A stretch of 64,000 nt of DNA, taken from assembly GCA_964016885.1 (NCBI GenBank), contig OZ024743.1, positions 326,244,001-326,308,000 of the forward strand, in the 5' to 3' direction. Made by a program: the position numbers and the translations under genes. The notes beneath the pieces are model-generated. The model did no database searches. It saw nothing but the letters and a program-made list of their open reading frames with translations, and was not told the DNA's origin. This document shows, piece by piece, positions 1 through 12,800 of this stretch; the stretch's first letter is position 1, and every line of letters begins with the position of its first letter. This stretch comes from Eledone cirrhosa (Eukaryota).

Positions 1-619
1 TCAGGAGGTTGTCATGTCTTTGGCACAATTGAAGAGTTCTCTCAACCTTTTGTTTGGCAAGTTTTCAATGTCTGGATGATCCTCCTATCACTAACCACTT
101 TATAGCATGTACTGGGTGTGTTGAATCATGTCACCATCACTAGAGCGGTTATCATGCCTTTAACACAACTGAAGAGACCTCTTAAACTTTTAAAGTTAAG
201 CGTTTTATTGTATTAAAAAAAAAAAGGTTCATATTTCCTTTTTTTTTTTTACTTTTTCTTTGCCGGCTTATTGCTGGGAGGGTCGTGGGAGCAGGTCTTC
301 AAGCACTCCTTCTAGCAGTTCCTGTCAGAAGCAACTGTCTCTAATTAATCCAGCTGGATCCCCCAGCATGATCAGCTGAGCTTATGGATGTTAGCCAGCC
401 ATCTTGCTTGGGGTCTACCTCTGGGTCTCCTGCCAGTTGATCCCCCGCCCCATAAAATCTGTCCATATTTTGAAAAATTAATTGATTAATTGCTCTATAT
501 TCTGCTATGGACTGGTGGTGGGGGTATACTCTCAGTCACTTAATGCCAATGAAACCAGGAGGATAATCACTGGCTTGTTGAGCCTCCGGGCTTGGGACCG
601 ACTTAAACTATAAGTTTAC

Positions 620-985
620 ATGTCTTCTTGTGACGCTAAACTCCACCAGTTGCAGACTGCGCATCAACATGAGATATCTCTCTCCACAAAGTTCGATCAC
701 CAGCAGCAGAGTTCAAAGAGCAAAGATCAAGTCCAGTCCATAAGTTGACATTATCAAGCCATCGTTTTGGCTGCCGGCCTCTGCTTCTCTTTCCAGCCAA
801 CCTTCCTTCCAGGCATAACCTACTCACACCACGAGTTGATCTTTTTATATGACCATATAGTTTGAGTACTCTTGACTTGACATTTGATGTAATTGGTTTA
901 AGTTTGGTAATGTTGAGCAGCTCACTGATACAGATACGGTCGCTGAGCCGCTTGCCAGTCATAAATCTCATGATGTGGTTCTGGA
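620..985 (-). mobile_element. RTE-clade LINE 3' fragment
   Basis: ORF 636..971 contains LYGHIKR..LEGRLAGKRSRGRQPKRWLDNV, typical of an RTE ORF C-terminus. Confidence 0.7.
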
Positions 986-2349
986 ATGTAGTTTACACGT
1001 ACTCATGTATAAATCACGCCTTTTCTAGCTGGGGGGTACAGCGCATCATTTCAAATCAAGCACCAAGCCAAGAATGTTGTTTGTATCTAAAATGGAGGTG
1101 CAAATTATTCATAAGTATATATGTTGGTTAATTTCTCCTCTTCCTCTTCACCACCACCACCACCACCACCTCTTAATGCTAGCATGGAAGAGATATTGAT
1201 TTTGCCAGATGAAATCTATACATGTGTTGGAGCAAGTATATTTTACAGTTTGATAATGCCCTTCCTGCTGCTAAATCCTTCAATAATGAAATATGACCAA
1301 TAGAAGGGAAACTAAGTCAATCACTTTAGTCTGTAATGTCAAGAAGGAAGAGGTACAATGGCTACATCGGATTTTAAGACTGAAGATCTAAATTTAACTG
1401 TTACTCATTATAATTAAAACAATTTTAATGTGGTCGACCCAATGTAAACGACTATAACAGTAGTTGATCACTATAAATAATAGTTGAGAAAATTGGACAA
1501 CCTACCTTTGGTGAGGGGGAAAAGTAAACAGATGCTTGCGAGGACCCTGCATCACTTAGATGCTGAGTGTGTGTGTGTTAACTATAATGCTAAGGTGTCT
1601 CTGACCACCAATTGCAGTATTTTAGAAGATTTTAAGCCTGTAGTTAGAAATGTGAACATCCTATTGACTTAAGAAGCATTGAGAAAATTTGAAATTTATC
1701 TTTAGACATCTTTTCAAACATTTTACATTCACCTTCTCATTTGAGTTGGCTGAAAAGAAGTTGCATTGCTGACCCAACCAATGTGGAAAATTGTATGTTG
1801 AAATGGTGATGTTGATAGAGAGGAATATGTTAATTGAAGATGTGTTGCAGGATTAGCATTCTTGGAGCTCACATTGACATTTATCTCCTAAATCATATTC
1901 CATTATCGCTTTCTCTTTCTTTAGCTATGATTTCCTTCCAGCTCTTATTCACTCTCCCAATACCTTTTCTCTTTTACTCTTACTCTTCCCGTCTCTGAAT
2001 ACACATCTCATCCCTCATCACATATGCTCATTTTATCCTGTATAGTATTAACAGCAATTACCTGGCAGTTTGTAGGCTTCAGATTACACCAGTGATATTG
2101 TATTGGCCTCTCCTTAAATCTCTTTCTTTATGATTACAGAAAGATCTATACAATGTTTCAGAGTATATTTTAGACAGAACAAAATATATCTTTCATTATA
2201 ATATTTTTTTGCATACAATTGCCATAGTTAGCTAATGCAATGCAAAGCCCCCCCCCCCCCCTCTATATATGTATATAGTATAGGTGATTCAATGATTTAC
2301 TGGTGGTAGTACCAATATGAGCACATGATGCACTGGCAGAGTGTATATG

Positions 2350-2573
2350 TATTAAGAAAAAAAGAACTTTCATTTACATGTTTTTATTGATTATTGACCT
2401 GTTCCATACGTTTCACAGAGGATTGTCTCAGGGTCACCTGTAAAGCTATAGACCTGACTCCAGCATCGGGTCCAGAGGTTCCATATGTAACTCTGAGCCA
2501 ATCATCTGTGAAATGTATGTAACAGGTCAATAATCAATAAAAACATGTAAATGAAACTTCGTTTTTCTTAATA
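2350..2573. mobile_element. Palindromic MITE-like element with about 85-bp inverted arms
   Basis: The left arm tattaagaaaa..tttcatttacatgtttttattgattattgacctgtt..cacaga is matched in reverse complement at about 2487-2573. Confidence 0.7.
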
Positions 2574-2775
2574 TAAATCCAGCTGTAGAAAGCTTGCCAA
2601 AGGATCCTTCAGTTTGTGTCAAAAGACACGACAAATTCTCCTCTCCTCTGCACTGTCAGTGAGATACAGACCTCCTTGGCTTGTCTGGGACATCAGTGGC
2701 CCCGCTTCAGTACTTGGTCTCTGTAGACGTTAAATGATTAAATAATGATGATGATGATGATGTTCGCACACATAT

Positions 2776-3160
2776 GATGTCTGTTGAAAAAGTATCCGAC
2801 TTTAGGTTGAGGAACAAAAAATATGAACTTGGTGGGGTTTGATAGCTAATCCTGTTTGAAATAGGCTCCTTATACCTTCACATAGCCTATTGATCCTTCC
2901 ACTGTTCGAAACATGCTCTCTATATCGGATCCTTTCAGTGGTATCTTCATTTTTGAGAACAACCAGAAGTCAGAAGAAACATGTCCGGAGAGTAGGGAGC
3001 CAGGTGAATGAGCAAAATGCCTTTCTTTCCTGAGAGAACTCCTTTGTAACTGTTTTTTTTTTTTTTTTTTCTGTGTGTGTCCACGATGCACAATGCCTCA
3101 GTAGTCAAAGAAAACACTCAGCATCTAAAGTATGAATTTTGTGCAATTTCATCGATTATG
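2776..3160 (-). mobile_element. Degenerate Tc1/mariner transposase remnant
   Basis: ORF 2870..3091 reads HSPGSLLSGHVSSDFWLFSKMKIPLKG, similar to mariner HPPYSPDLAPSDFWLF..LK..LKG. A mariner-like terminus tgatgtctgttgaaaaagtatccga is present. Confidence 0.65.
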
Positions 3161-4844
3161 TCATTGATATATCTATTTAGATAGGCATCTAGTGATGTAT
3201 GTTTATAGCATTAGAATAATCAATTACAATGAAGCCAAAATACAGATCCATATAAACAAGACATGGTCTCCTGCCTGACTTGTCTCATAATATGACAACC
3301 CATCTAACCCATGCAAGTGTGGAAAAATAGACGTTAAATGATGATGAATACTGCTTTTAATTATTTATAACAAAGTGTTGAACATGTCAGAGATACTGAC
3401 TCTTGAATGATATCAGCAACAAATGATCTTTCAGTTTCCTTATTGATAAAATGAATATTTCTTGGGTGTCTATGTGATGGAATTGCTGTTTGGTTTTAAC
3501 CCTTTAGTATTTATATTACTCTATATTTACTATTGTATTTTTGTGGTAAAGGCATTATCTTACATAATTATTTCATAATATCGAATCTACGAGATTTTGA
3601 TGTTATTTATTTTGAGAACAATACCATAACCCTTTAGTATTCACATTACTCTACATATACTACTATATTTTCATGGTAAAGGCTTTACCTCGCATAATTA
3701 TCTCACATAATATCGAATCTATGAGATTTTGAAAGTATTTATTTTGAGAACAATACCGTAACATCAGTTTGAGTGACCAGTTACGACCAGTTTCAACAGA
3801 AAAAGGTAGAGAATTCTGGCCAGTTTGAACATTAAAGGGTTAACGTCAGTGTGTGCAGCTAGTTTGAACAGAAAGAGGTGAGAGAATCCTGTCCAGATAT
3901 GGCTGGTTTAAATGCTAAAGAGTTAAATTTGTAGTATCTAAATTTGGGAGAAGTTTGTACTGATTAAAATAAAATGCATTATAGGCATACAAAAGTTAAT
4001 TGTAATTGTTGAATGTTGATTAAGCGTATCTATTCTTACTATTATGGGTGCAATGAGGTTCTCAATAGTGAATGTAAGAACTAGTGGCTAAAGAAACCAA
4101 GTCATTCAGAGTAGTTTTTAATTCTAGTCCCCCATTTCTTTAGAAGACTTTCTTCAAGTGTCAAGCTTTTGTTTTATGGTTATCTATAGATATTACGTTG
4201 AGTTGTTGGCTGCAAAAATAGCAGAAATGTCAACAGAGTTACAATTTTTACTTCAAATACCAACTAATTTTGTGTGTATTGCTTTCTGTTTTAATTAAGA
4301 GAAATTTACTGCTTCACAGTGACCCTACTTGTTGCGTTTCTGGCTGGTTGAATTCTTGTATTGTAGATTTAGGTGAATTTAGCCATCATACCAAAAAGAA
4401 TGATTTGTAGTTGATCATGATGCTGCAAAACTGGAGGTTTTGTACGATCATTCCTTGATAAAATTTTTAGTATCCCAAGTGGCAAGTTCATAGGTCAAGG
4501 CAAGATTATATATTTTCTCTAAATAATCATCAGATGTCTCAAATAGTCGTTGACAGATTGAGACTGAGGAAATTCTAGTAATGAAGGCATTGCTAGTTCC
4601 TAATTTGATCAATTGTTAGTGCTTTAGTTTAAACATTTTTAAAAGTGTATTTAACCCTTTTGATACCAACCTGATGAAAACTGACACTGGGCCTATTTAA
4701 ATTTTAAAATATCTTCCATTTCATATCAGAACCATATGTTAAATTACTATCTTAGTAATGACATAATTAATTGAATTAGTGTCCATTTCATTTGGAATAC
4801 AGCCACAAAAGGGTTGTTTTGTTGAATCTCTATTGGCCCAAATG

Positions 4845-5135
4845 ATGGGTGTTCCAGTTCATTTGATCAACAGAACAACCTGCTCATGAAATTAATATGA
4901 AAGTAGCTGAGCATTCCACAGATACATGTATCCTTAACATTGTTCTCAGGGAGATTTAGCATGCAACAAGACTGGCCTTTTGAATTACAGGTACAATTCA
5001 TTTTTGCCAGTTGATTGGACTGGAGTAACATGAAATACAGTGTCTTGCTCAAGGATACAATGCACTGCCAAGAATCTAACTCCTGAATTGGGGATCATGA
5101 GCTGAACACCATAACTGCTAACCCGCACACCTTCA
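4845..5135 (-). mobile_element. tRNA-derived CORE-type SINE (family 2), inside a TTAA-flanked MITE (4651-5152)
   Basis: Shares its body (ctgaatctccctgagaa..ttaaggatacatgt..gaatgctcagc) with the copies at 24958, 25925, 30808, 43148 and 55079. Confidence 0.65.
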
Positions 5136-6149
5136 TGGAACAAAAGGGTTAATTTTATGAATGTTGCAATACTTTCATTTTCTTGTTTAAGAGAATATAA
5201 TGTGTTTTTTGTCATTATGGGTGAAACTTTCTTTATGAATTTAGCTTATGACTACTGATCAACCCCTTTTGTAGGTTTTGACTGTTGCAGGTGGTGACAT
5301 TGCATGTCTTCCAAGAAGCTGTGTACTTCTTTTCTAGGATAGGATTAAAACTCTATATTTTAATGCATGATGTCAATGTTACAATCCCATTGATATATAC
5401 TGTCTAAAGACTGTTAGAGAATTTAATCATTAAAACTTAATGTAAATAGAATCAAATGTTGATAGAATCATCTCCAACACTACCACCATCATCATAATCA
5501 TTTAACAGCCATTTTTCCTGCTGGCAAGGCTTGGACAGGTTGTTATAGATCATGTCAATACTTAATTGGAGGTACTGACCTCTCAATTGAACTGGAGGCC
5601 ACATCTTGCTTTCATACCCCCCCCCCCTCTAGCTTTGAGTGCATTTTCATGGCACCAACACTAAGGTGGTTGTCATATCTCTGATACAACTGAAGTGTCC
5701 TCTTGACTTTTTTGGCAAGTTTTCTGCAGCTTTATGACCTCTCTGGCAGCAACCACTTTACAGGGTGTATTGGATGCGTTTTATGTCACCAACACTATAG
5801 AAGTTGTTATGCCCTTCACACAACTGAAGAATCCTCTCAACCCTTTCTTTGGCATCATAAAAGATTAATTAAAGTGTCTGAAAAATAAACGAACACAAAC
5901 AAACAAAAAACAACTAATTTAAAAAGAAATGTAACTATTTGAATTATATAGTACATGAGACAATAATAATATAATTGCTTTCAATTCCTGCAACAGGTGT
6001 GAATATTCTAATTTGATTGCTTAAAATACCTCCTCCTTGAAAGGCGAACATTTAAATTACATTTCTTGGCAACCTGAGACTCCAATAATAACTGCTATTG
6101 AATAAGTGGATACATCGATCATACTTACAGCATGTTAACTCTTAATATC

Positions 6150-6313
6150 CTGTAAACGTGGTTGGTGTTAGGAAGAGCATCCAGCTGTAGAAAACCTGCC
6201 AGACAGTCTCATACGAGCGAGACGACCAATCTTGCCTCAAGTGGGACAATTCCCGTCTAAACCCATGCTAGCATGGAAGATAGACGTTAAATGATGATGA
6301 TGATGATGATGAT
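6150..6313 (+). mobile_element. Very short RTE 3'-end insertion with (GAT)n tail
   Basis: Carries the gttggtgttaggaag..catccagctgtagaaa 3'-UTR and a (gat)n tail; atcctgtaa occurs at both ends (TSD or microhomology). Confidence 0.7.
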
Positions 6314-6551
6314 CCTGTAATGGTTTAGCAGAAAATATCTAAAAGATAGTTTGTTAATTCAAATGTTTATAGTATTTTTATTAGTGCACAGATCTTTGCT
6401 GTAAACTTAAGCTTAAATTTTTAATGTAATGCAGTCATAGTGCTGTTTTGTACTTTTCAAGAATGTCTTGCTTAATATGGTTTCATGTGGTTCAGGATGT
6501 TAAGAATTAATGCTATTTACATTTACTAACTATTAGTCTTTCTCTTTGTAG

Positions 6552-6874
6552 GATGATTTTAGGGACTTGGCTTCAGTTGCTGTTACTGATCATGCCTATG
6601 CTATCCCAGCTAACCGTGAACCAAATGATGTATCATCTCCTCTAATGAGCAGTAAAAGTGTTCAAACTCCATTTGAACAGTCTGACTATGACCAGTTATG
6701 TCTCACCAATCAGGAGGAAGAAGATACTTCCACTAACCTCTCTGATGTTGCTGTTCCTTCAAGTCCTGTAATAGAGAATGATATTGATGAGGATACAAAT
6801 AACCAACCAAAGAAACGTCAGCCTCTGCAGCAACAGAAAAAGAGCAGCCCTGCTGTTACTCCGACAAATATTCG
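6552..6874 (+). CDS. DIDO1: DIDO1/PHF3-like exon 1 (in window), low-complexity, contains DHAY
   Basis: Acceptor ctttgtag|GAT, donor CG|gtaaat (phase 2). Overlaps ORF 6567..6878 and its phase matches the exon at 16441. Confidence 0.8.
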
Positions 6875-9800
6875 GTAAATTTCCTTCTGTCGAAGTTCTT
6901 GATTTCTATGCTCTGTTTATTTTTCCATTCTAACATAGGAGCATGTTTGTAAACTTTGTTGCAGCTTTTTAAACTGTCCCTAGTTCTATGATACACAGCT
7001 GTTTATTTTAAAGTGTTTATATTTATCTAAAGACCTTTCTATGGGGGAAAAAACAAAAACAAAAACAAAAACAAAAACTTTTGTTAAGTTGTTTCAGACA
7101 GCACCTTAATAGCGAGAATAAATCCCTTCATATCTTTCATTGGAAATATGGTAACAAAAGGATTAAAAATCATTTGCCTTCTCTTTTGCTAGTCACTCAA
7201 CTATAGATTAGGACAGAATTTATTTGATAATTTATAGACTGACTCTTGCAGAATTATAATAATGAAATTATTGTGTAAAGTGCTCAGGTGCACTACAACT
7301 CGTCAAAGGTGCATGTATAGTACATAGAATAATATACAAATATCAGGGAAGTGAATAGTGTATGAGTCATGATATACATGTGTGTGTGTGTCTGGAGGGG
7401 GACCATTAGGTGTAGTGTTGGCGAATCTCGGGAAGCATGGAGGTTTTAAAGGATGCAGTGTCTCGACAGCTAACAACTGATGCAGGTAGTTTGTTCCATG
7501 CTTCAGCAACTCTGAGCGTGAAAAAATGTTTCCGAAAGTCATGGGAACTGTGCTGTTTTTTGACTTTGTGGGCATGTCCACGTGTGTTAGACACATGGAA
7601 ATCAAAAAGGTACTCAGGGTTGTTGTTGGCAAGATGGTTAACAATTTTGTGGGTGTTTACCAAGTCAGTTGCTAGGCATCCGAGCTTCAATGTATCCATG
7701 CCCAGAGAAGCAAGGCGTTCAGAGTATGGTAGATGCCTGATGGAGGGTATTCGCTTGGTTGCACGTCTCTGAACAGTTTCCAGGCGGTCAATGTTCTGAG
7801 CAAGATAGGGGTTCCAGACTGGTGATGCAAATTCTAAGTGTGGCCGCACAATAGCCATGTACAGCCTTAAATAGATAGCTGGAGAGCGGCTGACAAAGGT
7901 ATTGCTGAGTGATGCTAAGACACCCTCGGCCCTCTTGACAATTTTAGAGACATGCTTCGTCCAACGCAAATCGCTGCTGACCGTAATGCCCAGGTCACGT
8001 TCACAAGAAGACTTCTTGATATTAGTGCTGTGGAGGGAGTATGTGGACGTTGGGTTTTTACTCCCAAAATGCATGGTGGTGCACTTGTCCACAGCTAGCT
8101 TGAGCTGCCAGTCTTTGATCCATTGTTGCATTGTGTCCGGGTCAGACTGCAAGCAAGATCTTTAGTGTTCAGGATCTGTCCTTTTTATTTCTATGTGCCT
8201 TTCTTAAAAGCATATTACAGTGGATGCAATAAAATTTTAATTTAAAACCATATTAGTCAGTATTAACCCCAGTTCAACCATTTACTAGATGCACAATAAA
8301 TAAACATACATCACAGCAAAAAGAAATGAAGGTAAATCTTTATTATATTGATTTGCATCACGTCTGTTAGTATATACTGTTCTAAACCTGTGGGACTGTA
8401 GGCATATTCTGTTGTCATAATCCACAAGTAAACCAAATTTATAACCTGGTTTGATTCCCATTTTAAAATATTTTACCTTTCAAAAGGCCTATCCTCCTGT
8501 ACAAACATTCCAACACAAAAGGTATATGTAGTGAGTTAGTGGAGGCTACAGTATTAGTAATCGAATAGAGACAATATAGGGTTTGAGAGGACCATTCAGT
8601 CTAGATGAGCATGTAACAACCTCCCTAGTGCTAGTTCCATGATAAAATGCGCCCAGTGCACTCAGTAAAGTGTGAGTGTTAGTGCCATGCAAAAATGCAC
8701 CTAACACACTCAGTAAGGTGGTTGGCATTAGGAAGGGCATCCAATCATAGAAATCATGCCAAATATGGAACCTAATGAGCAAGATGGGTCAATCTTGCCC
8801 ATGTGGTCTTTCAAACCCATGCTAATGTAGAAAGTGAACATAAAGTGATGATGAGCATGATGTATGTAACAAGTACTTAGCTTTGATGTGGTTAGAAGTT
8901 CACTTTGCAATTACCTTAGGCTGAGTTTGATCTTGTCTGAAATTTGTGAGTAAAATTGGCTAAAGAGAAACTGTGCCTAAGCCTGTTTGTGTTTTTTTAT
9001 TCATGGCTCCACCACTACCAGTTTACTGAGTGTATTGGGTCCAATCTTTCATGGCACCAACACTAGAGAGATTATCGCATATTCACCCAAACCGATTATT
9101 TCTCTCAAACCCTATTTGTCTCTGTTCGATCATCAATACTGTAATCTCTGATATTTCACCATATTTACTTTTACTTTTGCAGTTCTTGTACTACTGGGAG
9201 TTGGATTTTTTTTGTATTATAGCATATTGCCAATCAATGTGTCCTGTCATCTTTGTGTGGTTCACGTATTATCTCTCTTATCCTCTGGTGGTAAAGCAGC
9301 TATCAGGTCCACAACTTGATTAAGATTTCATTTCATTTATGCAACTAAATGGAATTAGTAGGCATGAACAACATAGCTTCTCCTTTTGTCTTAACCAAAT
9401 GTTTATTCAAGAGAGCTAGAGATGGCAATTTGGACAGTTGAAGTTTTAAATTGATAACTAAAATGGCTCCAGGTTTATGAGGAGTGGAAAAAATATAGAA
9501 ATTGAACTGATATTGACCCTTTTATTATGTTATTTCTAATAACATATACAACCTATAATTAAGAAGAATTTGATGAGATTTCGTAACACGACTTTCTCAT
9601 TGTTAAGCTGGTGTTTGGAGTATAATTTAACCATCATCATCATCATCACCGTTTTACGTCCGTTCTTCCACGCTAGCATGGGTTAGACGGGTTGTCCTGT
9701 TGTGTGCAGTGTCTGGTCGGCTGACCATGCCTTGCTCATACAGGAACTGATCTGGCTTGATTTCTACAGCTGGATGCCCTTCCTAACACCAACCTCATTT

Positions 9801-12800
9801 ACAGTGAGTGCTGGGTGCTTTTTCGTGGCGCCTACACGTCCACTTTACAGTGTGGGCTGGGTGCTTTTTTGCCGTGGCACCTCCACGACCACCTTGCGGT
9901 GGGGGTTGTGGGGGCATATTGTTTATATGCTTCAGCATGTACCCATGGGAGGTCGGGTACTCTGTATTACTGCGTGACGCCAGAAGTCACGGTCATGTGT
10001 CATTGTCTTTGAGAGGTGTAGTTGGGTAAGGTCGGCTTTTATCACCTCATCCCAGGTCATCTTGGGTCTCCCCACTCCGCGGTTTCCATCAACTTTTAGT
10101 GCTCTGCACCTTTTTATGCAGCTGTCATCCTTCATACGCATCACATGTCCATACCAGCGCAACCGCCTCTCCTGCACACAGCATTTGATTCCTCTTATGC
10201 TCAGTCTCTCTCTCAATTCATTTATGCTTTGTCGTTCACGTATATTACTGTTACACATCCATCGGAGCATGCAGGCTTCGTTTCTCTCTAATCTACGTAA
10301 GTCTTCCACCTTCAGCGCCCAGGTCTCACTACCATGCAACATCGCTGTTCGGATACACGCATCATACAGTCTGCCTTTCATTCTGAGGGAGAAGCCTTTT
10401 GCAGCTAGCAGTGGTAGTAGTTCCCTAAACTTCTTCCATCCCATTCTTACCCTAGTTATTATACTTTCTGAACACCCACCTCCGCTGCTAATTCGGTCAC
10501 CTAGGTAGCAGAAGCTGTCTACTGTTTCTACAGGGCCCTCCCATAGATTGGTGGTACTTGTTTCCTGTGGCTGTTTGCTGCTTGCTGTTTCAGCACAGCT
10601 GTTGCATGTGAATCCTACATTCTTAATTAAGCTTCCTGAGATCCCGCTACATCTCTTGTGTACCCATTGTTTGCATTTGGGGCAGAGAATGGAGTTCCTA
10701 CCTACACCTTTCCTACATACTGAGCAAGGCCATTTCCCTGAGGGGATCTGGGTTCTGTTTTCTCGTCTACTTACAAGGACCTTAGTCTTTGTCATGTTGA
10801 CTTTGAGACCCTTTCTTTCTAGTCCCTGCTTCCAGGTCTGGAATTTATTCTCTAGTTCTACCATAGATTCAGCTATGAGTGTGAGGTCATCAGCATACAG
10901 GAGTTCCCATGGGCATCCGGTCTTAAACTCCTCCGGTTATTGCCTGCAGGACTATGATGAACAGGAGAGGGCTAAGAACAGAGCCCTGGTGGACCCCAAC
11001 CTGTACGCTAAATTCCTCGCTATACTCATTGCTAATCCTAACTTTACTGACTGCTCCCCTATACATGGCTTGTACCGCTTTCACAAGCCATTCATCTACT
11101 CCTAGTTTTCTAAGAGCCCACCAGATTACTGCACGTGGAACTCTGTCAAAGGCTTTCTCAAGGTCGACAAATGCCAAGTAGAGTGGCTTACTTTTAGCTA
11201 GGTACTTTTCCTGTAATTGCCTCACAAGGAAGAGGGCATCAGTGGTGCCTCTTCCTGGTACAAACCCAAATTGCATCTCGTCTATTTTCACCCGGTCCCT
11301 AATCAGCTGTGCTATAACTCTTTCTGTTACTTTCATGACCTGGTCCATCAACTTCATACCTCTATAGTTTCCTCTATCTAGTGCATCGCCTTTACCTTTG
11401 TAGCAGTTGACAATGATGCTACTGCACCAATCTTTTGGTATGGCCCCTTCTAGTATTACCTGGTTAACGATACGTGTGGTTATAGTGTGACCTACAGACT
11501 CAGATGCCTTCAGCATCTTGGCAGCTATCCCCGATGGACCGGTTGCCTTCCCCATCTTCATATCTCTGATTGCCTTACTTACTACGCTGCCGCTGACTTG
11601 TACTGCTGGTCCCTCTATAGGGTCTACTTGGGGTAGGGTCTCTTCTTCCCATGCATTCTCCTCATTTAGTAATCTATCATAATGACTCTTCCATGCATCT
11701 TTCTTCTCAGCACTTGTGAGGGCAAGCTCACCTTTATCATTCCGGATACACTTCTCTCCAATGACATCACAACTATCTCTGACACACTGCCTCGCAATCT
11801 TGAATACCTCCTGTTGGTCCTCACGTTGTAAAACATGCTTGAATTTTCTATCCTCTGCTAAGTATACTTGTCGCCTAGCTTCCCTCTTGGTCTCTATGTA
11901 ATGTACCCTGCTCCCCCCGTTCTTCCATTCTTTCCATGCCTGTCTCTTGGCCTTGACTGCTTCATCTACCTTATTGTCCCACCACCAAGTCACTCTCCTC
12001 CTGCTTGAGGTCTTACTCCAGCCACAGACCTCGTCCGTCGCCTCTAGTAAATTATTTTTTAGGAACTCCCAGTTCTCTTCTACATTAAATGTCTCTATCT
12101 GTTCTTCTTTACTGTCGTAGGCGTTGAGTAAAATATCTTTAAATCTGTTACATCTGTAACCAATGTTCATAAATAAAATTATGATGGAAGGCTTTTAGAT
12201 AAATAGAAACACTTCAAAATAAGCAGCTTAATATCGTCAAACCAGGAGCAGTTTTGAAGAAAAAAAAGCCTGGAAACTTTTATTAAATTAAATTTCAATT
12301 TCAAGTTATATAATTTTTATGCAAATTTGATTATCTTTTCTCAATTTTGTTTTTTAGTTGCAATGATCATTTGCATTTAGTTTTTAATCATTTGAAATGC
12401 CACTGGGAGGTGTAAGGGCAGCAAAAATAACTTTTGAAAGAAACCAGTGGTTACTGTGCTTTTATGTGTGGCCTGGTGTTAGAACTACATAGAAAATATA
12501 GATTCATGATTTTAACTCTACCTTCAGTACATGTACATTAGCTAAATATGATGCTTGATAATGAACAGAGGTAGCACCATTCATAATGCAATCTTTTACC
12601 ACAAAAAAAAAATAAAAAAATAATAATAATAATGACAAAAAGAAAAAAACAATTGAGGTTAACAGACTAAACATCATTGACTAAACTCATAGATATTAAC
12701 CTTTTGATACTAAATCACCTGAAACTGACCCTGGTTCTATGATACAGAATGGTTTGTTTTGAAGTGTTAATAATCTTATAATTTTATGTAAGCACTTTTG

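Noticed and set aside
1-6551. Start codon or upstream exons of the host gene
   Set aside because: I found no convincing exon with a phase-compatible donor; the region is dominated by repeat fragments. Small or non-coding exons cannot be excluded.
10062-11181. Plus-strand ORFs over RTE copy 1 (and equivalents over the other copies)
   Set aside because: These are antisense shadows of the LINE ORF; they recur only because the element is repeated.
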